The position numbers and the translations under genes are program-made. The notes under the pieces were generated by a model. It was not told the origin of the DNA and ran no database searches. It worked only from the letters and a program-made list of their open reading frames with translations. A stretch of DNA of 64,000 nucleotides from Bacteroidia bacterium (GTDB lineage: Bacteria > Bacteroidota > Bacteroidia > Flavobacteriales > Flavobacteriaceae), in NCBI GenBank assembly GCA_963580575.1, contig CAUZKB010000001.1, forward strand, positions 4,514 to 68,513, given 5' to 3'. Shown in pieces: positions 34,987 through 45,518 of this stretch (position 1 is its first letter; each line of letters starts with the position of its first letter).

Positions 34987-36171
34987 TTATTTAATTGCAG
35001 ATTTAATTCTTTTTATAGCCTCAGTAATCTCTTTTTCAGATGCTGCGTAAGAAATTCTAATACAATTGTTATTTCCAAATGCTTCTCCTGAAACAGTTGC
35101 TACATGGGCAACTTTCAATAGAAAAAAGGCAAAGTCTGTCGAATTGTTTATTAGTCTATCACCAATTTTTTTTCCAAAAAAGGAAGAAATATCGGGAAAT
35201 ACATAGAAAGCTCCATCAGGATTATTTAATCTAAACCCTTCTATTTTTGAAAGTAAATTTATAATCAGTTTTTTTCTTCTATAAAACTCATCAATCATAT
35301 ATTTTATCTTTGATATAGGAGCTTCAACGGCTGTTATTGTTGCCCTTTGTGCAATGCAATTAGCCCCACTTGTTATTTGACCTTGCATTTTATTACATGC
35401 TTTAGCTATCCATTCTGGCGCACCAATATATCCTATTCTCCAACCAGTCATAGCATATGCTTTAGAAATACCATTGATTGTTATTGTTCTATTATAAAGT
35501 TCTTTTATTCTAGCAAGGCTAAAGTGTTTAATACCATAATTAATATGTTCATAAATTTCATCAGAAATTATAAAAATATTTGGATGTTTTTTTAGAATCT
35601 CACCAAGAGCTTTATATTCATCTTCAGAATAAACAGTTCCGCTGGGATTATTTGGAGAATTGAAAATTATTAATTTTGTTTTATCTGATATTGCTGATTC
35701 AAGTTGCTTGGGAGAAATTTTAAAATTAGTATCAATTGTTGATGGTATAACTTTAAATTTTGCTTCAGATAAAATTGCAATTGCAGAATAACTTACCCAA
35801 TATGGTGCTGGCAGTAAAACTTCATCTCCTTGATTGAGTAATACCATGCAAACATTAGCTATGGATTGTTTTGCACCAGTTGAAACAACTATTTGTGATT
35901 CATTATAATTAATATCATTATCTCTTTTAAATTTTTTACAGATTGATTTTTTTAAATCTAAATATCCATCAACTGGGCTGTAAGAATTATAATTTTCGTT
36001 TATAGCATGAATTGCAGCTTCTTTAATAAAGTCAGGTGTGTTGAAATCAGGTTCCCCTAAACTTAGACTAATAATATCAATACCTGATGCTTTTAATTCG
36101 CGAGCTTTATCAGCCATTGCTAAAGTTGCAGACACGGGAAGCCTTTTAATTTTTTCTGAAAGAATTTCCAT
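34987..36171 (-). CDS. PLP-dependent aminotransferase (aspartate aminotransferase-like)
   Basis: 394-aa ORF with NSPNNPSG and the PLP lysine in NGISKAYAMTGWRIG. Confidence 0.85.
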   Translation of the reverse strand: MEILSEKIKRLPVSATLAMADKARELKASGIDIISLSLGEPDFNTPDFIKEAAIHAINENYNSYSPVDGYLDLKKSICKKFKRDNDINYNESQIVVSTGAKQSIANVCMVLLNQGDEVLLPAPYWVSYSAIAILSEAKFKVIPSTIDTNFKISPKQLESAISDKTKLIIFNSPNNPSGTVYSEDEYKALGEILKKHPNIFIISDEIYEHINYGIKHFSLARIKELYNRTITINGISKAYAMTGWRIGYIGAPEWIAKACNKMQGQITSGANCIAQRATITAVEAPISKIKYMIDEFYRRKKLIINLLSKIEGFRLNNPDGAFYVFPDISSFFGKKIGDRLINNSTDFAFFLLKVAHVATVSGEAFGNNNCIRISYAASEKEITEAIKRIKSAIK

Positions 36172-36183
36172 TTATTTGAGTTT

Positions 36184-37281
36184 TTAAACAGGGTTCATTC
36201 CCATTTGTTTTAAAAATCTAAAATGAGAGAAAATAGCATCTTTTGTTGATGCATATTCCTTGTAAGGTAGGTTAAATTCTTTAGCAGTTTTTTTTACAAT
36301 TTTACTGATTTTTGTATAATGAATGTGACTAATATTTGGGAAGATGTGATGTTCAATTTGGTGGTTTAAACCTCCTGTAAACCAATTTATAAATTTGTTT
36401 TTTGTAGAGAAATTTACTGTAGTAAGAAGTTGGTGAATTATCCAAGTATTCTTAATTGATTTATCATCTTTTTTGGGAAGAGGCATATCTGCATATTCAA
36501 TTACATGCGCCAATTGAAAAACTAAGCTTAAAATTATTCCAGCAATGTAGTGCATTATAAAAAAACCAATTAAAATTTTCCACCAGGAAATTTTTAAGAC
36601 TAAAATGGGAATTATTAACCATATTGAGAAATACATAATTTTTGTAATTATAAGACCTGTCCATTGAAAGAAGGGCTTTTTACTGTTATTATATGAAAGT
36701 TTCCTTTTTAGGTGACTAGACATTTCTTTAAAATCAGAAAAAATTGCCCATTTAATAGTTAAAAGTCCATAAAGAAATAATGAGTAATAGTGTTGAAATT
36801 TGTGATAAGGTTTCCATTTTGCATGTTTTGAGAAACGCAAAATTATTCCAGCTTCAAGATCTTCGTCATGACCGTGAATATTTGTAAATGTATGATGTAA
36901 AATGTTGTGTTTTATTTTCCAATTGAAAACATTACCAGCCAAAAAATACATAGTTCCACCCATAATTTTATTTATGAAAGAATATTTAGAAAATGAACCA
37001 TGGTTTCCGTCGTGCATAACATTCATTCCGACACCAGCCATTCCAATTCCCATAATAGCACATAATAGAAGTTTATACCATTGGTTTGTTTCAATTGAAA
37101 AAATTAACACATATGGAATAATCCATAATGAAAACATGATAATTGATTTTATATATAATTTCCAATTACCAGTTTTTAGTAATTGATTTTTTTTAAAATG
37201 TTTGTTAACTCGTTTGTTTAAGATTTTAAAAAAATCTTGAGATCCTTTTCTTGAAAATCTTATTATTTGTTTTGATTGCAT
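36184..37281 (-). CDS. membrane fatty acid desaturase
   Basis: 365-aa ORF with three His boxes: HDGNHG, HNILHH and HQIEHH. Confidence 0.85.
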   Translation of the reverse strand: MQSKQIIRFSRKGSQDFFKILNKRVNKHFKKNQLLKTGNWKLYIKSIIMFSLWIIPYVLIFSIETNQWYKLLLCAIMGIGMAGVGMNVMHDGNHGSFSKYSFINKIMGGTMYFLAGNVFNWKIKHNILHHTFTNIHGHDEDLEAGIILRFSKHAKWKPYHKFQHYYSLFLYGLLTIKWAIFSDFKEMSSHLKRKLSYNNSKKPFFQWTGLIITKIMYFSIWLIIPILVLKISWWKILIGFFIMHYIAGIILSLVFQLAHVIEYADMPLPKKDDKSIKNTWIIHQLLTTVNFSTKNKFINWFTGGLNHQIEHHIFPNISHIHYTKISKIVKKTAKEFNLPYKEYASTKDAIFSHFRFLKQMGMNPV

Positions 37282-37378
37282 AAAAAAGATTTTATTTGTA
37301 TAGATATTAATAAAGTTTGTAAATATATATATATTAATAAAGATTATTAGTCAAAAAAAATTTTAAAACTTTTTAAAT

Positions 37379-37996
37379 TTGGATAATATTAAATTTTACT
37401 TTCCTGAATTAACTAATGATCAATTAATTAAATTTGAAAAATTATATAGTTTATATCATTTTTGGAATTCAAAAATTAATTTAATATCAAGGAAAGATTT
37501 TTCTTTTTTTTATGAAAGACATGTTTTACATTCATTAGGTATTGTAAAAATTTTTCAGTTTAATAAAAAAAGTTTGATTTTAGATGTAGGAACTGGGGGT
37601 GGTTTTCCAGGGGTTCCTTTGGCAATAATGTTTCCAGACTCTTTTTTTTATTTAATCGATGGAATTGGAAAAAAAATAATGGTAGTTAAAGATATAGTTG
37701 ATAAGATTGGATTAAAAAATGTGATTGTTAAACAAATTAGATCTGAAAATTTTGATAAAAAGTTTGATTTTGTAGTAAGCAGGGCAGTTACTAAAATAGA
37801 TAATTTAGTTCCTTCAATAAAAAATAATATTTTTAAAAATAACATTCATAGATTTAAAAATGGTTTGATTTATCTTAAAGGAGGAGAGGTAAAAAATGAA
37901 ATGGAAACTTATCCAAATTTAAAAGAATTTAAACTTAAAGAATATTTTAAAAATAAATTTTTTGAATCTAAGAAAGTTTTATATATACCCTTTTGA
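37379..37996 (+). CDS. rsmG: 16S rRNA (guanine527-N7)-methyltransferase
   Basis: 205-aa ORF with the SAM motif DVGTGGGFPGVPLAI. It apparently starts at TTG, as there is no in-frame ATG near the N-terminus. Confidence 0.85.
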   Translation: MDNIKFYFPELTNDQLIKFEKLYSLYHFWNSKINLISRKDFSFFYERHVLHSLGIVKIFQFNKKSLILDVGTGGGFPGVPLAIMFPDSFFYLIDGIGKKIMVVKDIVDKIGLKNVIVKQIRSENFDKKFDFVVSRAVTKIDNLVPSIKNNIFKNNIHRFKNGLIYLKGGEVKNEMETYPNLKEFKLKEYFKNKFFESKKVLYIPF

Positions 37997-38000
37997 ATTT

Positions 38001-39626
38001 TTATTTAAGAAAAGGATATCTATAATTTTTTTCTGGAACAAAAACTTCTTTAATTAATCTTGGAGAAGTCCAACGTAATAAGTTATATAGAGATCCTGCT
38101 TTATCATTAGTTCCTGAAGCTCGTGCTCCTCCAAAAGGTTGTTGACCAACAACAGCACCTGTAGGTTTATCATTTACGTAAAAATTGCCTGCACAATTTT
38201 CTAGTTCATTTATAGCCTTTTCCAAAGCATATCTATCTTGTGAATAGACAGCTCCAGTAAGAGCATAGATTGAAGTGTCGTCGATTAATTTAAGTGTAGA
38301 ATCCCAATCACTGTCCTCAAATATATATATTGTTGCTAAAGGACCAAAAAGTTCTTTTTCCATAGTGAAATATTTTGGGTTTGTTGTTAGTGCGATTGTT
38401 GGTTCAATAAAATATCCTTTATCAGATTTATATTTCCCACCAATAATTATTTCTGCATCTTTGTCAACTTTAATTTTTTCAATAGCACTTTTTATTCGAT
38501 CAAATGCTTTTTGGTGTATCACTGATGTAATAAAATTTTTGAAATCTTCAGGAGGCCCCATATGTAATGTTTTCATTTCTTTTTTTAAAAGATTTATTAT
38601 ATTTTTAGATATAGATTTTGGAATATATATCCTAGATGCAGCAGAGCATTTTTGACCTTGAAATTCGAAAGCTCCACGAATTATTCCAGTAACAAGAGCT
38701 TCTTGATTTGCTGATGGATGAGCAATAATAAAATCTTTTCCTCCAGTTTCTCCTACTATTCTTGGATATGATTTATACAAATCGATTCTTTCACCAATTT
38801 TTTTCCAGATATTTTTGAAAACTTTAGTTGAACCAGTGTAATGAATTCCTGATAGATCTGGAGATTCCATTATTGAATTTGTAATCATTTCAGGATCTCC
38901 AAAAACAACATTAATAACGCCATCGGGTAAACCCGCTTCTTTGAAAATTTCAATAATTATTTTTGATGAAAAAATTTGATAATCACTCGGTTTCCAAACA
39001 ACTACATTCCCCATCATTGCAACACAACTAGGGAGATTTCCCGCTATTGCTGTAAAGTTAAAAGGAGTTATAGCATAAATAAATCCTTCTAAGGGTCTGT
39101 AGTTTAATTTATTCCAAATTTCAGATGTTGATTCAGGTTGTTTATTATAAATTTCTTGCATGTAATAAACATTAAATCTTAAAAAATCAATGAATTCACA
39201 AGCAGCATCAACTTCTGCTTGATGAATTGTCTTTGATTGAGCAAGCATTGTTGCTGCATTAATTTTCGCTCTGTATGGTCCAGCAATTAGTTCAGCAGCT
39301 TTCAGGAATATAGAAGCTCTTGAATGCCACGGCATTTGTGACCATTTTATTTTTGCTTCTAAAGCATTATTAATAGCGTCTTTAATATGAGAGGAATTGC
39401 ATTTATGATATATCCCTAACACATGCTTGTGATCATGTGGAGGACTCATTTTTTCAGTATCATTAGTGAAAATTTTATTTTTTCCAATAAAAAAAGGAAC
39501 TTCAATTTTCTCCTCATACATTTTTTTGTATTCTGTAAGAACTAGTTTTTTCTCTTTACTGCCATCTTTATAGGACAAAACTTTTTCATTTTTAGGGAAA
39601 GGAACTTTATAGTTACTATTAGACAT
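38001..39626 (-). CDS. pruA: L-glutamate gamma-semialdehyde (1-pyrroline-5-carboxylate) dehydrogenase
   Basis: 541-aa ORF of the aldehyde dehydrogenase superfamily, with VGETGGKD and the catalytic Cys in FEFQGQKCSAASR. Confidence 0.9.
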   Translation of the reverse strand: MSNSNYKVPFPKNEKVLSYKDGSKEKKLVLTEYKKMYEEKIEVPFFIGKNKIFTNDTEKMSPPHDHKHVLGIYHKCNSSHIKDAINNALEAKIKWSQMPWHSRASIFLKAAELIAGPYRAKINAATMLAQSKTIHQAEVDAACEFIDFLRFNVYYMQEIYNKQPESTSEIWNKLNYRPLEGFIYAITPFNFTAIAGNLPSCVAMMGNVVVWKPSDYQIFSSKIIIEIFKEAGLPDGVINVVFGDPEMITNSIMESPDLSGIHYTGSTKVFKNIWKKIGERIDLYKSYPRIVGETGGKDFIIAHPSANQEALVTGIIRGAFEFQGQKCSAASRIYIPKSISKNIINLLKKEMKTLHMGPPEDFKNFITSVIHQKAFDRIKSAIEKIKVDKDAEIIIGGKYKSDKGYFIEPTIALTTNPKYFTMEKELFGPLATIYIFEDSDWDSTLKLIDDTSIYALTGAVYSQDRYALEKAINELENCAGNFYVNDKPTGAVVGQQPFGGARASGTNDKAGSLYNLLRWTSPRLIKEVFVPEKNYRYPFLK

Positions 39627-39650
39627 GATTTTAATTGTAAAATTTTAAAA

Positions 39651-40037
39651 TTAGTTCAAAATAAATGGAACATTTAACTTAAAAGAGGGTATTTTAACTT
39701 TAAATTTACTAGTATTTGAAAAATTTATCATAGTATACACTCCAGACATTGAACCAATGGTCGAGGTGATCAAACATCCAGAGGAGTATTTGTGATGTTC
39801 ACCTGGTTTAACTATTGGTTTTTGACCTACCACACCATTTCCACTAATGTATTGTGTTTGATTATTTGATTCAGTTATTTTCCAGTTTCTTGTCAAGAGC
39901 TGAACAGTATCGTTACTTTTATTTTCAATTTTTATAAAATAAGAAAAAGCATAATTAACAACATTATTATTGAGAAAACAATTTTCAAATTTAGTGTCCA
40001 CAGACACTTTTATTCCTTTTGTAATTTGCTGAATCAT
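39651..40037 (-). CDS. apaG: ApaG (DUF525) protein
   Basis: 128-aa ORF. YAFSYFIKIENKS...LLTRNWKIT...GNGVVGQKPIVKPGE..YSSG is the typical ApaG pattern. Confidence 0.85.
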   Translation of the reverse strand: MIQQITKGIKVSVDTKFENCFLNNNVVNYAFSYFIKIENKSNDTVQLLTRNWKITESNNQTQYISGNGVVGQKPIVKPGEHHKYSSGCLITSTIGSMSGVYTMINFSNTSKFKVKIPSFKLNVPFILN

Positions 40038-40110
40038 AAATTTATAAGCTTATAATTAAAAATAATATTTATAAATATAGTAAAAAAGACTTTTTATAAA
40101 ATATATTTTT

Positions 40111-41364
40111 TTAATTTTTAAGTTCGAATGAATTAGCTTTTCCATAACCAATAAGTTCATCGAATTTTGATCCAATATCTCTATAATATACCAGAACTAA
40201 ATAATCATTTTCTGTTATTGCATGAGATCCACTTATGATCGTTTTGTTTGTAGATGTGTTGGTTTTTGAAATATATTTATAATTATAAAAACCTTGCTTT
40301 AAAAGCAAGACACCTTCATATAATTCCATTGAAGGATTGTAATACATTTTATTGTTTTCTGTCAATTTATAATTATTGAATTTTCCATAGATATATATTG
40401 AATTTCCATCAAGATTTAAATCTGATGTTAAACTAAAATGAACCCAGCTGTAATCGGCTTCTATTTTTGAATCTCTAGAACCATTTATAGTTCTTATTTC
40501 AAAATTTCCATTTATGTCTTGAGTATATCTGTAATTATTGTAACGTCTATCATTATCTAAATTAAGATAAGTTTCATATAATTTAGACCTATTAACATAG
40601 CTTATATTTTGACCAATTGATCTAATATCTTTTGTGTCAAAATATAAATATTCATTACCTCCTTCAAATTTACTTTCAGTGTCATATTTATATTCAAGTT
40701 TAGAATTTACTATATATTGAGGTTTTAAATTTTTAATTACTGAAGTCCATTGGTAATTTTTTAAAATAGTGGTGTGAATTCTTTTTTCAGGTTCACGAAA
40801 AATCATATTTAAAGGATTTATAGTAAAATGGATTGATTGATGAGTTTGAAAATATTTCATATTTTGAAGTCTAAAGACACTTACATTAACATCGGATTTT
40901 TTCTCAAAAACACAAAATTTTCTAGAAAAAACTAAATCATCTTTAGAATTGTAAATTTCAATAATATAATTTCCTGAAACTAAGAGACGTGTTTGGTCAT
41001 TTGGAAGTTTTAAATTATAATGAGTGTAAGATTGAAGAGTGTTAAATGAATTGGAATAATTAATAATTCTAACATTATCAAAACCTTTAATGATTTCACT
41101 CGGAAACAATTCTGATGGTAGCCAATCATTGTTGAAATGTTTTATTTTATAATAATAATCTTCTTCATTAGCATTTAAATCGTCAAAGTTTAAATAAATA
41201 TTTCCATTAAGAGGAATAATTGGAAATTGATCATTATTTTGATCACCCTTAAAAATAATAGTTTTGATATTTGTTGGTTCAGAGACTTCTTTTGCAACTT
41301 GGCTATGTAAAAAATTACAGAAGCTTGTAAAGAAAAAAAATATAAAAAAATTAGTGTATTTCAT
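40111..41364 (-). CDS. secreted beta-rich protein, DUF5103-like (possibly T9SS plug-type protein)
   Basis: 417-aa ORF with a signal peptide and Tyr/Asn-rich beta-strand composition. The family assignment is from memory and tentative. Confidence 0.4.
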   Translation of the reverse strand: MKYTNFFIFFFFTSFCNFLHSQVAKEVSEPTNIKTIIFKGDQNNDQFPIIPLNGNIYLNFDDLNANEEDYYYKIKHFNNDWLPSELFPSEIIKGFDNVRIINYSNSFNTLQSYTHYNLKLPNDQTRLLVSGNYIIEIYNSKDDLVFSRKFCVFEKKSDVNVSVFRLQNMKYFQTHQSIHFTINPLNMIFREPEKRIHTTILKNYQWTSVIKNLKPQYIVNSKLEYKYDTESKFEGGNEYLYFDTKDIRSIGQNISYVNRSKLYETYLNLDNDRRYNNYRYTQDINGNFEIRTINGSRDSKIEADYSWVHFSLTSDLNLDGNSIYIYGKFNNYKLTENNKMYYNPSMELYEGVLLLKQGFYNYKYISKTNTSTNKTIISGSHAITENDYLVLVYYRDIGSKFDELIGYGKANSFELKN

Positions 41365-41504
41365 TTAATGTAAAATTAGTATCAAATGAATTATTTGCCA
41401 AGGTTTTATCATTGTATATTTTAAATTAACAGTATTCTTATTTAGAATTATTATAAATAATTTTTTTCTTCATAATTTAACTTAATCAAAACCTGCTTTA
41501 TTAT

Positions 41505-41512
41505 TAAATTTG
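41505..41512 (+). promoter_or_regulatory. Bacteroidota-type -7 box (TAAATTTG) for the nqr operon
   Basis: Exact TAnnTTTG match, 26 nt upstream of the nqrA ATG. Confidence 0.4.
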
Positions 41513-41538
41513 CATCGATTTTAGAATAATTTGTTTTA

Positions 41539-42906
41539 ATGAATTTAACTAAAAGTATTCGAATTCAAAAAGGGGCTAATATTAAGATTTTAGGTGAGGC
41601 TTCTAAAATATTAAAAAAAAATATAGTTTCTTCTTCATTTTCAATCAAGCCAACTGATTTTTTTTGTATTACTCCAAAGCTTTTTGTGAAAGAAGGAGAT
41701 AAAGTTAAAATGGGAACACCACTATTTTATAGTAAAGAAAACCCAAAGATTAAATTTGTTTCACCTGTTTCGGGTACTGTTAGATTTATTGTTAGGGGAG
41801 CGAAGAGAAAAATTTTAGAATTGATTATTGATTCTGATAATAAAGATTCAAAAATTAAGTATGACGTTAGTTTTGGGAATAATGAAAAAATTGACAGTCA
41901 AAAGATTAAAAACCTTCTTCTTGAGAGTGGATGTTGGCCATTTTTAAAACAACGTCCATATGGAATTTTAGCTGATCCTGAAATTTCACCTAAAGGAATT
42001 TTTATATCCACAATTGATAAATCACCCTTGGGTATTGACTATGAGTTTATTTTAAAATCTGATATCGAAAATTTTCAAAGAGGAGTAAATGTTTTAAATC
42101 AATTATTTTATGGTAATATTTATTTGGGAGTTGATAGTAAATATCCAGGATTTTTTGAAAATATAAAAAATGTAAAAATTTATGATGTTAAGGGACCTCA
42201 TCCTTCTGGAGATATTAGTTTTCATATTCAGAGAATTAGTCCAATTAATCCAGGAGAAAAAATTTGGACGATTAATCCAGAAGATGTCTCAAACATAGGT
42301 TCTTTTTTTAAAACTGGATATTTTTCTCCTAAAAGAACAATTGCCATAGCTGGAAATGTAGTTGAAAATCCAAAGTATTATGAAACTATTATTGGATCTG
42401 AATTAAAAAGTTTTTTAAAAGACTCTAAAGTTGATGAAAATGTTCAAATAAGATGTATTAATGGAAATATTTTAAATGGAAAAACAGAATCTTCTAAAGG
42501 TTTTATTGGTTATTTCAATAACCTTGTAAGTATAATTCCTGAAGGAAATGAATATAGAATGTTTGGGTGGCTTCCTTTTTTTAATAATAAAGTTTTAAGT
42601 CTAAATAATACTTCTTTATCATGGTTATTTAATCGTAAAGGATCTGAAGTAAACACTAATCTTAATGGAGAGGAGAGAGCTCTTGTTGTAACTGGAGAAA
42701 TGGAAAAGTTTTTTCCTATGGATATTTACCCGATGCAATTAATTAAGGCTTGTTTAGCTGGGGATATTGAAAAAATGGAAGGTTTAGGAATTTATGAGGT
42801 TATACCAGAGGATTTTGGTTTAATTGATTTTTCTAATACTTCTAAAATTGAAGCTCAAGAAATTATTAGAGAAGGAATAGAATTGATGATAAAAGAGGTG
42901 GGTTGA
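41539..42906 (+). CDS. nqrA: Na+-translocating NADH:quinone oxidoreductase subunit A
   Basis: 455-aa soluble ORF, first gene of a six-gene nqr cluster. It ends in TGA at 42904-42906. Confidence 0.9.
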   Translation: MNLTKSIRIQKGANIKILGEASKILKKNIVSSSFSIKPTDFFCITPKLFVKEGDKVKMGTPLFYSKENPKIKFVSPVSGTVRFIVRGAKRKILELIIDSDNKDSKIKYDVSFGNNEKIDSQKIKNLLLESGCWPFLKQRPYGILADPEISPKGIFISTIDKSPLGIDYEFILKSDIENFQRGVNVLNQLFYGNIYLGVDSKYPGFFENIKNVKIYDVKGPHPSGDISFHIQRISPINPGEKIWTINPEDVSNIGSFFKTGYFSPKRTIAIAGNVVENPKYYETIIGSELKSFLKDSKVDENVQIRCINGNILNGKTESSKGFIGYFNNLVSIIPEGNEYRMFGWLPFFNNKVLSLNNTSLSWLFNRKGSEVNTNLNGEERALVVTGEMEKFFPMDIYPMQLIKACLAGDIEKMEGLGIYEVIPEDFGLIDFSNTSKIEAQEIIREGIELMIKEVG

Positions 42907-44078
42907 AAAATGTTATGAAAAATTTTTTTCGAAATAGATTAGATTTAATTAAAAGAAACTTTCAAAAAGGTGAAAGATTTGAAAAGTTTGCTCCTGCTTT
43001 AAATGCATTCGACACTTTTTTATTTGTACCAAATCACACTACTCAAAAAGGTTCTCATATTAGAGATGCTGTTGATCTTAAAAGAACAATGGTAACAGTT
43101 ATCATTGCACTTATGCCTGCATTGATATATGGTATTTATAATACAGGTTATCAATATTATACACAATTAGGAGAAAGTTTTACTTTTTTCGATGCATTTT
43201 TTCACGGGTCTTTAAAAATCATTCCTATGATTATAGTTTCTTATATAGTTGGTTTAGGAATTGAGTTTGGTTTTGCAGTTTATAGAGGTCATGACGTTAA
43301 TGAGGGTTATCTGGTTACAGGTTTATTAATTCCTATGATAATGCCTGTAGATATTCCTTTATGGATGGTAGCAATCTCAGTAGCATTTGCTGTTTTGATT
43401 GCAAAAGAGGCTTTTGGAGGAACAGGAATGAATATTTTAAATCCTGCCCTTACTGCTAGAGCATTTGCTTTTTTTGCTTATCCAACATATATGTCAGGTA
43501 ATAAAGTATGGGTTTCTGAAGCTTCAAATATTGATTCTATTTCTGGAGAAACAATTCTTGGATCACTTGCAGCTGGTCAAAAGGTGAATTACTCTATGAT
43601 TGATATGTTTATAGGTTCAATACCAGGATCTATAGCAGAGACATCAACTTTTTGGGTAATTGTTGGTGGATTAATTCTAATTTTATCTGGTGTTGGAAGT
43701 TGGAGAATTATAGTTTCAGGAATTTTAGGAGGAGCTTTTATGGGTCTTTTATTTAATTTATTAGGATTAAATTCATTAATGGAATTTTCATGGATAAATC
43801 ATTTGATTGTGGGAGGTTTTGCTTTTGGAATTGTATTTATGGCTACTGATCCAGTTTCTGCTGCTCAAACCAATCAAGGAAAATGGATTTATGGTTTTTT
43901 GGTTGGTGTATTTTGTATAATGATAAGAGTTTTTAATCCTGCTTATCCTGAAGGTGTTATGTTAGCAATATTACTTATGAATGTTTTTGCTCCAACAATT
44001 GATCATTACGTTGTAAATGCTAATATTAGTAAAAGAAAGAAGAGATGGTCAAAAGAAAAATTACTTAAATTAGAATAG
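42903..44078 (+). CDS. nqrB: Na+-NQR subunit B
   Basis: Polytopic membrane ORF with the FMN-attachment context DSISGETILG. It starts at the TTG at 42903 or, more likely, the ATG at 42915. Confidence 0.92.
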   Translation: MKNVMKNFFRNRLDLIKRNFQKGERFEKFAPALNAFDTFLFVPNHTTQKGSHIRDAVDLKRTMVTVIIALMPALIYGIYNTGYQYYTQLGESFTFFDAFFHGSLKIIPMIIVSYIVGLGIEFGFAVYRGHDVNEGYLVTGLLIPMIMPVDIPLWMVAISVAFAVLIAKEAFGGTGMNILNPALTARAFAFFAYPTYMSGNKVWVSEASNIDSISGETILGSLAAGQKVNYSMIDMFIGSIPGSIAETSTFWVIVGGLILILSGVGSWRIIVSGILGGAFMGLLFNLLGLNSLMEFSWINHLIVGGFAFGIVFMATDPVSAAQTNQGKWIYGFLVGVFCIMIRVFNPAYPEGVMLAILLMNVFAPTIDHYVVNANISKRKKRWSKEKLLKLE

Positions 44079-44081
44079 TCT

Positions 44082-44810
44082 ATGGATAGAGATAGTAACA
44101 TTTATACTTTTTTATTTACAATAATAATGGTTTTGGTAGTTGCGATTGCTTTGGCTACAGCTGCAAGTTTGTTAAAAGAATTACAAAGTGAAAATGTTCG
44201 AAAAGAAAAAATGCAAAATATTTTATCTTCTATTGGAGTCGAAACTAATAGGGAAAATTCTGAAAATCTATATAATAAATTTATTACAAATGCATTATCT
44301 CTTAAGTCTGATGGATCAATTGATAATCAGATTGATGCTTTTAAGATTAATTTAGCAAAAGAAATAAAGAAGCCATTTGAGAATCAAAGATTTCCGATTT
44401 ATATAGCAAAAGTTGAAGAGAATAAATACTATATAATCCCATTAAGAGGAGCAGGTTTATGGGATGTAATTTGGGGTTATATTGCTTTGAAGGAAGATAA
44501 AAGCACTATAAAGGGTGCTGTTTTTGATCATAAAGCTGAAACAGCTGGTCTTGGTGCTGAGATTACTAAAGAATGGTTTCAAAATAGGTTTGTTGGAGAG
44601 AAAGTTATGGATAATAATGGTAAATTAGTTGGGATAAATATTTCTAAAAATAATAATGATCCTCAGAATTTAGATAAGTTAGATCATGAAGTTGATGCTA
44701 TTTCCGGGGCTACAATAACTGGGGACGGGGTAACAGAAATGATCTTTGAAAGACTTCAACATTATCTACCTTTTTTTAATAATAATAATAATGCTTTGGC
44801 ATTAAATTAA
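44082..44810 (+). CDS. nqrC: Na+-NQR subunit C
   Basis: 242-aa ORF with one TM helix and the FMN-attachment motif DAISGATITG. Confidence 0.92.
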   Translation: MDRDSNIYTFLFTIIMVLVVAIALATAASLLKELQSENVRKEKMQNILSSIGVETNRENSENLYNKFITNALSLKSDGSIDNQIDAFKINLAKEIKKPFENQRFPIYIAKVEENKYYIIPLRGAGLWDVIWGYIALKEDKSTIKGAVFDHKAETAGLGAEITKEWFQNRFVGEKVMDNNGKLVGINISKNNNDPQNLDKLDHEVDAISGATITGDGVTEMIFERLQHYLPFFNNNNNALALN

Positions 44811-44816
44811 TTAATT

Positions 44817-45512
44817 ATGAAAAAGAAAAAAATTGAAAAAAAAAACAGATCATTAATATTTTTTATCAATAAGGATTCAGAGCCATTGTTATCAGTAAAA
44901 AATAGAAAATTATTATCTGATCCTTTAGATGATGATAATCCTATAACCGTTCAAGTATTAGGTGTTTGTTCTGCATTAGCTATTACCGTACAATTAAAAC
45001 CCGCTATTGTTATGAGTATATCTGTAGTAGCTGTAATGGCTGCTAGTAATGTAATTATATCTATATTAAGAAATCTTATTCCAAATAGGATAAGAATTAT
45101 CGTACAACTTGTAGTTGTGGCTTCGATGGTAATTTTAGTAGATCAAGTATTAAAAGCTTATGTTTACGATGTTAGTAAAGAGCTTAGTGTATTTATTGGA
45201 TTAATAATTACAAATTGTATTATAATGGGAAGATTAGAGGCTTTTGCATCAGGAAATAATGTTTGGAGATCTTTTTTGGATGGAGTTGGGAATGCTTTGG
45301 GCTATGCATGGATATTGATTGCAGTTGCATTTTTTAGAGAATTATTTGGTTCTGGAAATTTATTTGGATTTCAAATTATTCCTGATATACTTTATGAAAT
45401 GGGATATGAGAATAATGGCTTAATGTTATTATCTCCTATGGCTCTAATATTAGTTGGAATTATTATTTGGATTCAAAGGTCTAGAAATAGAAAATTAATT
45501 GAAAAAAATTAA
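44817..45512 (+). CDS. nqrD: Na+-NQR subunit D
   Basis: 231-aa polytopic ORF of the RnfE/NqrD family (VLGVCSALA, ITNCIIMGR). Confidence 0.92.
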   Translation: MKKKKIEKKNRSLIFFINKDSEPLLSVKNRKLLSDPLDDDNPITVQVLGVCSALAITVQLKPAIVMSISVVAVMAASNVIISILRNLIPNRIRIIVQLVVVASMVILVDQVLKAYVYDVSKELSVFIGLIITNCIIMGRLEAFASGNNVWRSFLDGVGNALGYAWILIAVAFFRELFGSGNLFGFQIIPDILYEMGYENNGLMLLSPMALILVGIIIWIQRSRNRKLIEKN

Positions 45513-45518
45513 TGCATA

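Noticed and set aside
38275-38655. Long antisense ORFs inside conserved genes. These are 126 aa opposite pruA, 101 aa at 59990-60295, 99 aa at 61314-61613 opposite ftsH, and 94 aa at 36902-37186 opposite the desaturase gene.
   Set aside because: - They lie entirely within strongly supported genes on the other strand.
- Their translations are low-complexity (Ser/Ile/Phe-rich) with no recognisable motifs.
- They have no promoter boxes.
- They are most likely shadow ORFs caused by the codon bias of the real genes.
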